Virus record (IMG/VR): IMGVR_UViG_3300035520_001860
Coordinates: 32,001 to 96,000 of that record
From: a virus
Lineage: Duplodnaviria > Caudoviricetes
Strand: one strand, 5' to 3'
DNA length: 64,000 nt
In this document: positions 1-8,398 of the stretch, piece by piece
How positions within the stretch are numbered: the stretch's first letter is position 1
How the letters are laid out: each line of letters begins with the position of its first letter
Program-made: the position numbers and the translations under genes
Notes under the pieces: model-generated
Seen by the model: only the letters and a program-made list of their open reading frames with translations
What the model was told of the DNA's origin: nothing
Database searches by the model: none

Positions 1-148
1 GAATGATGATGCAGCAAAGGCATTGGCTGATGAAAATGCAGCAGCTTCTTATAATACTGGAGAAGTTGTGAAACAGGATGATACAACAACTGCAGCTGAT
101 ATAGATGCAGAAATAAAGACCGGTGAAAAATTAGAAGGTGATTCTTAA
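1..148 (+). CDS. 3' end of an upstream gene (acidic C-terminus ...DAEIKTGEKLEGDS*), truncated by the window edge
   Basis: Open frame from position 2 to TAA at 146-148, followed by a terminator hairpin. Confidence 0.7.
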   Translation, partial: NDDAAKALADENAAASYNTGEVVKQDDTTTAADIDAEIKTGEKLEGDS

Positions 149-167
149 AAGCTTGGTTCATTGGTTA

Positions 168-201
168 AAGAGGCTGAGTTTTATACTTAGCCTCTTATTT
201 T
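168..201 (+). terminator. Rho-independent terminator
   Basis: AAGAGGCTGAGT-loop-ACTTAGCCTCTT stem followed by a T-rich tail. Confidence 0.75.
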
Positions 202-222
202 AAATTCATGGGAGAATAGGAA

Positions 223-1515
223 ATGGCAAATACAAAACGAAGAGAAAACTTTACAGACAAGAGCGGAAACATGCTAATACCTACTAACGTTGAGGGAGGA
301 TACTACAATGAGAATTTCATAACAGCACCTAAACTCATTTTAATGGCTATGATATTAGTAGCTTTAGCCTGGATAATATATAAATGTGTAAATGGTAACA
401 GTAGCTTACTAACATGGGTAATTTGGTTAGCAATGTGGCTTGGTTTATCAAGCTTAATAATGAGATTTTTCGTATTTGAAGAAAAATTTTATTACAGAAT
501 GTATTTGGATTTAAAAGAGAATGAAATAACAACTCCAGCAATATACTGGAATATAGCTTCAATAAAAGACACTGATGATGGAGCTATAATAACATATGCA
601 GATGGAAAGATAGCAATTATTGCAAGAGTTGATAGAGATACAATTACTGGTAAAACAAGAGATTTTAAAGAGACACACTATGATGCAATATCTGATTTTT
701 ACAAAGATGTTATAGTGCAAAAATACTCATTCGTTCAAATGAATGTAATGGAAACAGCAGGAAAAGACCCAAGACTTAATGAACTTTCAAAGTTAACATA
801 TAAAAGTGATAATGCTAACATATGTAAGCTTATGGAACTTGAGATAGGACACATTAAAAATATAACACATACATCATTATATGAGAGTGATTATTTCTTA
901 TTCTATACAAGTGATTTGTCTAAGATGGACTCAATAATAAATGATATTACAGAATCATTGTTTAAACTGCTTGATGGAGCATATGTAGGATATAGCTTCT
1001 TAACAAGTAAAGAAATAGTTGAATTACTAAAAGATTATTCTGGTGTAACATATTTCAATTATACTGAAGCATCATTACTTATGTATAATAACAATAAAAA
1101 TTCAGCAGTTCCTCCATTTACTGTAAAGGGCATTTTGTGGGATGATGGAGAAGATCAAACTTTGAATCCAATGGAAGTAAATAAACTCAGAAATATAACT
1201 AGTAATGTAATTAAAGAGACATTAAGTGTTAAAGATATGTCTATTAAAGATACTATATATAGAAAGGAAACAAAAAATAAAGTTGGTATTGATTTTAATT
1301 CATTATCTAAAACAACAGTCAATACTAATAAACCTGCTAGTAACAATATTAGACGACCAAGTCTTAATATGGGTATGAACAGAAATGCAATGAAGCAACA
1401 GCATACTAATAAGGTCAACTTACAAAAAGAAGAAAATAATGACATATTAGATGATGACTTTGAAGTTAATGAAGTAACAAATACAGCAGATGATGAAGAA
1501 TACATTGATATATAA
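223..1515 (+). CDS. Membrane protein with two N-terminal TM helices and a cytoplasmic domain; probable conjugation component (PrgI/VirB3-like position upstream of VirB4)
   Basis: 430 aa ORF with RBS; hydrophobic segments at about aa 38-55 and 62-85; lies upstream of a VirB4-like ATPase. Function inferred from context. Confidence 0.5.
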   Translation: MANTKRRENFTDKSGNMLIPTNVEGGYYNENFITAPKLILMAMILVALAWIIYKCVNGNSSLLTWVIWLAMWLGLSSLIMRFFVFEEKFYYRMYLDLKENEITTPAIYWNIASIKDTDDGAIITYADGKIAIIARVDRDTITGKTRDFKETHYDAISDFYKDVIVQKYSFVQMNVMETAGKDPRLNELSKLTYKSDNANICKLMELEIGHIKNITHTSLYESDYFLFYTSDLSKMDSIINDITESLFKLLDGAYVGYSFLTSKEIVELLKDYSGVTYFNYTEASLLMYNNNKNSAVPPFTVKGILWDDGEDQTLNPMEVNKLRNITSNVIKETLSVKDMSIKDTIYRKETKNKVGIDFNSLSKTTVNTNKPASNNIRRPSLNMGMNRNAMKQQHTNKVNLQKEENNDILDDDFEVNEVTNTADDEEYIDI

Positions 1516-1533
1516 AGAAAGGAAAAGTAAAAC

Positions 1534-4350
1534 ATGAGAGTATTACTATCTGGTGGAAAAAAGACACAAAATATAATTGATGGAATCAGTAAAAGATTTA
1601 CAACTAGCGGAGATGAATTTCTTGTAATCGAGTATTTGGAGGATATAATAGGTATATTCAGTCGTGGTGATTACTTCGATAAGGCTGTAATTACTGAGCA
1701 GAGTATTACAAGAGATGGTGCTATAACAGATGAAATGCAGCTTAGAAGCAGAGTAAATGAATTTGCGTCTAATATGGCAAGTAGATCACATAAGTACAAT
1801 TATGTATTCCTAGCACAAACAGAAGAAATAGCAAATATAATTTATGAGGAGTCACTTCCTATTTCTGATGAAAGTGCAGTAGTATACAAGAAACCTAGAT
1901 ACAATGTAACATTCTTTGTTGATTTAATTGTCACAGAAGCAAAAGACTTACCATCTGATTGGGTTTATGTACCAGAGTTAAGCATACCAGAATCAGAAAT
2001 GTTTAATATAGGCAAGGAGAGTGAAAGTACTAATACAGAGGATGTAATAGATACATCAGATATGAATATTGGCATGGAATTACAGGATATGCCAACAGAT
2101 GATTTATTTAGTGGTGATTGGAATAATATTGATGGTTCAAACAATGATAATGGTCTGAACTTTGATCTAGGTGACATAGGACAGGAAAATAGCTTCAATC
2201 TCGATGAAGAAGGTGGTGGATTTACCATTGATGAAAATGGTAATCTCATTGAAGATTCAGATGATAGTACACAAGGTTTTGGAAATCAGTATGGTGGAGG
2301 ATTTGATGATACAGATACTGATGGAGTAGAACTTAGTGAGAATGATCTAATACCAGACAATAGTGATGGTACAGGCTTTTATAATAATGGTAACTTTGGA
2401 GAATCTGACTTCACATCAGATGAAAATGACAGCTCTAGCTTTGATATTAATGGAGACACTGGATTCAGTAATGAAGGTGATTTTAATACAGAGTTAGGGA
2501 ATGATAATTTTGGATTAGATAGCAATAATGGTTTTGATGACTTCAATAACAATAATTACTCTAACAGCTTTGAAAATGATGAAATCATTGATACAGATAA
2601 TACAGAAGCTATAAAACAATCTGGTAGTCTTCCTGACTATAGAGAACCAGTAGATAACACCTTTGAAACATCAGAAAATGATAGTTTAATGGGTGGAATT
2701 GGTTTAGCAGCTGGAGCAATGACAGGTGCAGCAATGAATAATACATCCGACATATTTGGTCAAGAAGGACAATTAGATGAGGAACAATATAATTACGATG
2801 AGACTGATGGGGGTAATCAGATGAACAATGATGGCTTTAGTAATAATCAGTATGGAAATGGTATGAACAACGGATTTGATAATGATGGTTATGCTAACGA
2901 TGATTATGCTAATGATGATTTTACAAACAACAACGGTTTTGGTGATGAGGGATTCAGTAACAACAGCTTTGATGACGATATGGGATACAATGATGGGTTT
3001 AGTGATCCTACACAAGGCAGCAATGTGAGTGTTAACATTGGAAAGAATACCAATAACCTTGATGATTCAATGTATGGAAATAGTGATGCTGGCTTTGACA
3101 ATTCCATGTATACTAACAATGACATGTATCAGAACAATGAGCAGTATGATACAGCAGGATATGGTGGGGTTGATTACGGTAACGAACAGGATAATTACCA
3201 AAACAACATTGAGAATAACATGTATGGAAATCCGACAGGATTTGAACAGTCAATGTACGACGATGCAGCGGCTATGGCTGCAGGAGCTGCTATTGATGCT
3301 GCAATGCAACAGAATAATCAGCTGCCTAACCAGACAATGCAAGTTTCTCCTAAGAAAGGTTTAAAAGGAATCTTTGGTAAGAAGAAAGGTACTGCTCAAT
3401 ATCAGAATGCAGCAAGTCAGTTAAATGCACCTCAACCAGTTCAAGGTTGGCAGCAGGAAGTTCAGACACAGCAGGTAAATACTGGTAGACACAGAGGTGT
3501 TGATATAAATACAATTAAACAACAGTTGAAACCATTTGCTTCTAGAGGTAACAGCATTGTTGTTACTGGTTGTGGTGGATGTGGAACAAGTACAATAGCA
3601 TATAACTTAGCTAATATAGTACATCAGCTTGGATATTCTGTACTGTTAGTAGATATGGATACAGAGGGAAGAACACAAAGTTACATATCTAAAACAAACT
3701 ATGACAGTATGGAGCCAGATGGAGCAAACTTAATGTCAGCTGTAAACAGTAGTACTGGTACAAGTGCTCAAGAAGCTATTGTAAAACAGGGATTCCATTT
3801 ATTAACGATGGGTCTTGGAACTGATACAGCACAGGTTAATGAGTTACTACATAAGGAAAAAATTAGTAGATTTGCTAACCTTGTTAAGTCATCTCATGAC
3901 TTTGTAATTTATGACATTCCATTTAAGAGTGCAACAGATTACTTATCAGAGATTACCTATACAGCAGATAACTTAGTACTTGTAGCTGATGCTAGTAACT
4001 GGGGAATAACAAAGTTAATGCTTAACGTATGTAATATAAGTGCTGATGATATGCAGGATACAATATTCAACAGAGCACAGCTTGTATTTAACAAATACAG
4101 AAACTTAACAAAAGTATTTGGTAGAAAAGTAAGAACTGGTATTGATATCACGAAGATCATTGATATGAAAGTTCAAGAACTCATTGGTGAGGACCCTGGC
4201 TTCCATTTTGAGGATTTACATATAGCTGGAATACTGAATGATGACCCAGATTTTGAGCAGTCTTGGTTTGAAATGGTTCAGTACTCTGATACTCAAAAAG
4301 GACAGGCAATATTCTTAGAATTACTTGAGCATATAGTACTTAAAAAATAA
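1534..4350 (+). CDS. ParA/MinD/CpaE(TadZ)-like protein: N-terminal receiver-like domain, long acidic low-complexity linker, C-terminal P-loop domain with degenerate Walker A
   Basis: IVVTGCGGCGTSTIAYNLA, VLLVDMD and DFVIYDIP motifs of the MinD/ParA family; both lysines of KGGxGKT are absent; about 500 aa of D/N/G/F/Q-rich linker. Confidence 0.75.
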   Translation: MRVLLSGGKKTQNIIDGISKRFTTSGDEFLVIEYLEDIIGIFSRGDYFDKAVITEQSITRDGAITDEMQLRSRVNEFASNMASRSHKYNYVFLAQTEEIANIIYEESLPISDESAVVYKKPRYNVTFFVDLIVTEAKDLPSDWVYVPELSIPESEMFNIGKESESTNTEDVIDTSDMNIGMELQDMPTDDLFSGDWNNIDGSNNDNGLNFDLGDIGQENSFNLDEEGGGFTIDENGNLIEDSDDSTQGFGNQYGGGFDDTDTDGVELSENDLIPDNSDGTGFYNNGNFGESDFTSDENDSSSFDINGDTGFSNEGDFNTELGNDNFGLDSNNGFDDFNNNNYSNSFENDEIIDTDNTEAIKQSGSLPDYREPVDNTFETSENDSLMGGIGLAAGAMTGAAMNNTSDIFGQEGQLDEEQYNYDETDGGNQMNNDGFSNNQYGNGMNNGFDNDGYANDDYANDDFTNNNGFGDEGFSNNSFDDDMGYNDGFSDPTQGSNVSVNIGKNTNNLDDSMYGNSDAGFDNSMYTNNDMYQNNEQYDTAGYGGVDYGNEQDNYQNNIENNMYGNPTGFEQSMYDDAAAMAAGAAIDAAMQQNNQLPNQTMQVSPKKGLKGIFGKKKGTAQYQNAASQLNAPQPVQGWQQEVQTQQVNTGRHRGVDINTIKQQLKPFASRGNSIVVTGCGGCGTSTIAYNLANIVHQLGYSVLLVDMDTEGRTQSYISKTNYDSMEPDGANLMSAVNSSTGTSAQEAIVKQGFHLLTMGLGTDTAQVNELLHKEKISRFANLVKSSHDFVIYDIPFKSATDYLSEITYTADNLVLVADASNWGITKLMLNVCNISADDMQDTIFNRAQLVFNKYRNLTKVFGRKVRTGIDITKIIDMKVQELIGEDPGFHFEDLHIAGILNDDPDFEQSWFEMVQYSDTQKGQAIFLELLEHIVLKK

Positions 4351-4374
4351 GGGTAATACAGGAGGAAACATTAA

Positions 4375-5817
4375 ATGACAAAGTACTTACTAAACGATAC
4401 ATTTCATGGATATGAAAAACTCGATGTAAAGGATATAAGTAAGGCAGAGGAAGCAGGCAACTTATTTGTAATAATTATAGACAAGACCTGTGATGACTCT
4501 TTATCTGATTATTATATGCTTGTTAATTCAGCATTAAAGCATCAGAACAGAGTTATAGCAATATCTGTAATGGACGAAAATAGATTATTTAGATCATTAG
4601 CAGCACTTATGGTAACATATAATGATTATGACATCTACGAAGTAGCAGAAAAAGAAGCTATATCAGCAGAATACTTACTAAAATTAGAAAACAGAACGCC
4701 TGATTATAGTGAAGTTCAAACCTATATAGGTGGTGATGTGACAGCTTATTCAGATATGAATATGATTTTGTTTGGTATTCAAAGCTTAGCAGAAGAAGGA
4801 AATCCAGAAGCATTAAAGTCATTCCTTGAAGATCATATGTTAAGCATAGATAATTTAACAACATCACTTAACATGATGAAGAAAACATGCGATCTGTTTA
4901 ATTCTAATGAATTGGTTGGAGAAATAAACAATCTCAAGGAACATGAGAAGAGGCTGAATAAAAACTTAGCAGATAAGGAAACAGCATTAGCTGAAGCTAA
5001 ACATGACAGAGATGAAAATAAAGTAGCAGCTGATACTCTTAAAAGAGAGAATGAGAAGTTAAAAGAGAAAAATAAAGAGTTGCAGGATAACGGTGGAGGT
5101 TCTGGTGATGCAACAATAAGGTCATTTAGAACAGTAAATACTTCAATGTTAGCAGGTAATAGAGCTAAGATTGTTCTTTACTTTAAGGAAGTATCTTATG
5201 TAAGATATACAAATACACTCGTAAGTATTATATTTGAGCAGATAAAGTTAATGAAGTTAAAAACTAAACTATTAATATATGATACTGGCTCAGAGATGTA
5301 CAACATATACAAACCATTGAGAGTTGTGACTGGTTCTGATTATTTTTCTGAAAAGACAAGCTTAATTAAAAAAGTAGAGAAATTTGTTGTTGCTGAACCT
5401 GTACAAACTATTATAGAGGATATATTAAAGTCAGATGAGCAATTTGATGTAGTCATTATATATGACAGAATGCATACTAATCTTGATGTGGTTGCTGGTA
5501 ACTTAGTTACTAAGTTCTTCGTAATTAATTCAAGAGACGATTATGATCGTCTAAAAGATCAGTTAAAAATAAATGATACATCATACATTATCACAAATGC
5601 AGAGAGTTCCATAAATATGGGCGGAAAGAATAATGAGTGGGGACCTATAGGAGATAGAAATTTCATAGATATACCTACTATTCCAGAGTTTAAGAAAAAA
5701 GAATTAAACTCTAGCTCATTTGCAATTTCAAGGTATAAAAGACAGGCTGGAACATTAACACAAAAGCCTATCATTGATACTATAATTGAAAAAAGTAAAA
5801 TAAATACATTAAAATAA
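4375..5817 (+). CDS. Coiled-coil protein with a C-terminal alpha/beta domain, possibly an inactive ParA-like fold
   Basis: GGAGG RBS; heptad-rich region at about aa 178-240; KLLIYD and FDVVIIYD strands resemble the ParA core but there is no Walker A. Confidence 0.5.
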   Translation: MTKYLLNDTFHGYEKLDVKDISKAEEAGNLFVIIIDKTCDDSLSDYYMLVNSALKHQNRVIAISVMDENRLFRSLAALMVTYNDYDIYEVAEKEAISAEYLLKLENRTPDYSEVQTYIGGDVTAYSDMNMILFGIQSLAEEGNPEALKSFLEDHMLSIDNLTTSLNMMKKTCDLFNSNELVGEINNLKEHEKRLNKNLADKETALAEAKHDRDENKVAADTLKRENEKLKEKNKELQDNGGGSGDATIRSFRTVNTSMLAGNRAKIVLYFKEVSYVRYTNTLVSIIFEQIKLMKLKTKLLIYDTGSEMYNIYKPLRVVTGSDYFSEKTSLIKKVEKFVVAEPVQTIIEDILKSDEQFDVVIIYDRMHTNLDVVAGNLVTKFFVINSRDDYDRLKDQLKINDTSYIITNAESSINMGGKNNEWGPIGDRNFIDIPTIPEFKKKELNSSSFAISRYKRQAGTLTQKPIIDTIIEKSKINTLK

Positions 5818-5827
5818 AGGGTAAATC

Positions 5828-8026
5828 ATGTTTAATAAGAAAAACAAGCAGAATAATCAAAGTAAAACACCTAATAATGTAAATCAGCAACAACAATTGC
5901 AACAAGCACAACAGCAAGGAAATCTTACACAAGAACAGAAAATGTTCTTAGAGCAATATGAAAATAATAATAGTAGCAAAAATAAGAGAACGTCCAAAAG
6001 AAAAGAAAAAGTGGACATGTATGACATGATTGTAGCTAACTTTCTTGCTGGAAATGCTATAATAGAACCTACGCAAAAGTTAAATAATAGTCAGATAGCA
6101 ATTGGGTTTAGTAATATTTCATCTGAAACACAGATTACTAAATATTACATGATAAATAGATTTCCAGACTGGCTGCAGCCAAGACTTGTTGATAACATTA
6201 GAGCAAGATGTATGAACCCTGGAGTGAAGATAAACTTTTATTTTCATTGTCAGCCACACAGAATAAACTGGGACTCACCTGAAATGAGAAACAGAATGAA
6301 TGTTTGGAGAGACTTTAGTAAAGAACACTCTGGATCAATAGATGTTTTTGATTATAGGGCACAGCATAGTGATTCACAGTTAAGAAACAGAATGATAAAC
6401 TCAACAAAATATCTTAATGAAGCAGAACTTGAATATAAGAGAAGCTTTATGAAAGTATATTTTATTATAACAATTTCTGCAAAACGTGATGAAAATAGCT
6501 TGGCAAACATGTCAGATTCAATTAGTTCACTGAAGAATCTATGTAGTCAGTCTGATATTAAGCTAACAGAACTTAGGGTAAACATGATCGATTGGTTAAG
6601 GGCAATATCGCCATTCTCATTGAACCCTCTTAAAGAAGTTGAAAGCAAATTAGCTAAAAGAGTATTTACTGATGATTTGTTAGCTAACTTTAATAGTTAT
6701 AAACAAGGACGTGTTGGTAATGAAGGTGTATGTCTTGGAATAGATATACTATCACAGACTCCAGTAATGAGAAAATTTAAGAAAGACCCTGATGCAGCTG
6801 ATAACTGGTTAATAAGTGCTGGTACAGGTGGTGGTAAGTCTTTCTGGGTTAAATCATTATTGACATATCTATTAGCAGATGGATTTGTATGTTGTGTAAT
6901 GGACTACGAAGGTGATGAATATACAAACCTAGCAAACTTTATTAGAGCAGGAAATCCAGATGATGTTAAAATAGTTTCTATGGGTAAGGGCAGTAATGTT
7001 TACTTTGACCCTTGTGAAATACCAGATTTAACTGGGGACCCACAAGTAGATGATGACCTTAAGGAAAGTGCTACAAGCTTTATAATGTCAATATTCAGAC
7101 TTATAGTTAGAGGTATGGATGAACCTTTTTCAAAAGAAGAGGAACGTGTAATGTCTCTAGCAATATCTAGAATGTATGATACAGCAGGTGTTACAGAAGA
7201 TAAGAAAACATGGCACAGAAGTAAAGGATTAAGACTACACGACATATATCGTGAAATAAGAGAAATAGTAGATAGCAAAGAGTTAGTTGATAATGATGCA
7301 GATAATCTTAAACACAAAGCAGCCGTTTCTATCATGGATTCATCAAGTATTTATTTTGAGCCTGGTGAGACAAAATCAGAAGTGTTTAAACAGCCTATGA
7401 GTGCTAATGAGTTATATAAAGGTAAGTTTATTGTATTCTCATTTGGTATGAAAGGTGCAGTAGCATCTGCAACAGACCCAGTAATACTTGGACTAAAGCA
7501 ATTATCTGTTGCATACGTTAATATTCAGATATCTAACTATTGCAAATATGTTCGACATTGCTTTAATGTGAAGGTCTGGGAAGAATTTCAAAGGTACGGT
7601 GAAGTTAAGGGTAGTGCCGAGACTATTGCAAACAGCATAACAGGCGGTCGTAAACGAGGCGACGTTAACTTCATTATAACAAATGACTTAGCAGCAATGC
7701 TTGATGATGAAAATACATTAAGTAAAAAGCTTAGACAAAATATACAAAATTTTGCAATAGGAAAGATACCTGATGCATCTACACGAGCAGAGTTTTGTAA
7801 GAAATTTGACCAGCAAGAAATAGCATTGGCACTTGATAATATTGCTAAAGCACATGCAGCTCAGCAATCTGGAGCACAGAAAGTATCAGGTTCACAAAGT
7901 AGATACAAAAATGCATTCTGTGTAGCACTGGAGGATGGAAAGAAGGCAACTGTAAAAGTAAGGCTTCCTTCGGCACTTATGAAATCTTCACTATTCAAAA
8001 CTGGTGTAGACGTAAAAGATGAATAA
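5828..8026 (+). CDS. VirB4/TraC-like type IV secretion ATPase
   Basis: Walker A SAGTGGGKS, VMDYEGDEY, Walker B VKVWEEFQ, and GGRKRGDVNFIITND matching the VirB4 RK.G....TQ motif; 732 aa. Confidence 0.8.
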   Translation: MFNKKNKQNNQSKTPNNVNQQQQLQQAQQQGNLTQEQKMFLEQYENNNSSKNKRTSKRKEKVDMYDMIVANFLAGNAIIEPTQKLNNSQIAIGFSNISSETQITKYYMINRFPDWLQPRLVDNIRARCMNPGVKINFYFHCQPHRINWDSPEMRNRMNVWRDFSKEHSGSIDVFDYRAQHSDSQLRNRMINSTKYLNEAELEYKRSFMKVYFIITISAKRDENSLANMSDSISSLKNLCSQSDIKLTELRVNMIDWLRAISPFSLNPLKEVESKLAKRVFTDDLLANFNSYKQGRVGNEGVCLGIDILSQTPVMRKFKKDPDAADNWLISAGTGGGKSFWVKSLLTYLLADGFVCCVMDYEGDEYTNLANFIRAGNPDDVKIVSMGKGSNVYFDPCEIPDLTGDPQVDDDLKESATSFIMSIFRLIVRGMDEPFSKEEERVMSLAISRMYDTAGVTEDKKTWHRSKGLRLHDIYREIREIVDSKELVDNDADNLKHKAAVSIMDSSSIYFEPGETKSEVFKQPMSANELYKGKFIVFSFGMKGAVASATDPVILGLKQLSVAYVNIQISNYCKYVRHCFNVKVWEEFQRYGEVKGSAETIANSITGGRKRGDVNFIITNDLAAMLDDENTLSKKLRQNIQNFAIGKIPDASTRAEFCKKFDQQEIALALDNIAKAHAAQQSGAQKVSGSQSRYKNAFCVALEDGKKATVKVRLPSALMKSSLFKTGVDVKDE

Positions 8027-8040
8027 AACACATATAGCAG

Positions 8041-8070
8041 AAAGGGTACATCATTAAAATGTATCCTTTT
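8041..8070 (+). terminator. Rho-independent terminator
   Basis: AAAGGGTACAT-loop-ATGTATCCTTTT stem followed by a T-rich run. Confidence 0.65.
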
Positions 8071-8229
8071 GTTTTTACATTTTAATAAACATAAAAAGAT
8101 TTTTATTTTTAGTTAATATACACAAATAATGCAACAATGCATTAACTACATAAAGGTAAATCTTATTATAGTACATTAACAGCAATATAAATAAATTTTA
8201 AATTATTATAATAACAAGGAGTAAAGAAT

Positions 8230-8385
8230 ATGTACTTTTTACTGTTTATAGTAGCTTTTATAGTTATATATGTAGCATCATTTAAAGATAACTTCACACA
8301 GGAAAATATTGAGAAAGTAGCTCCTGTTTTCGTGTTATTAGTATTTGCAACTTTAGTAATTATAGTACTAAAATGCATAGTGTAG
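8230..8385 (+). CDS. Small 51-aa two-TM membrane protein (not in the ORF track)
   Basis: AAGGAG RBS at 8216-8221, ATG at 8230; MYFLLFIVAFIVIYVASFKDNFTQENIEKVAPVFVLLVFATLVIIVLKCIV*; stop abuts the RBS of the next gene. Confidence 0.7.
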   Translation: MYFLLFIVAFIVIYVASFKDNFTQENIEKVAPVFVLLVFATLVIIVLKCIV

Positions 8386-8398
8386 TGGAGGAGAACAA

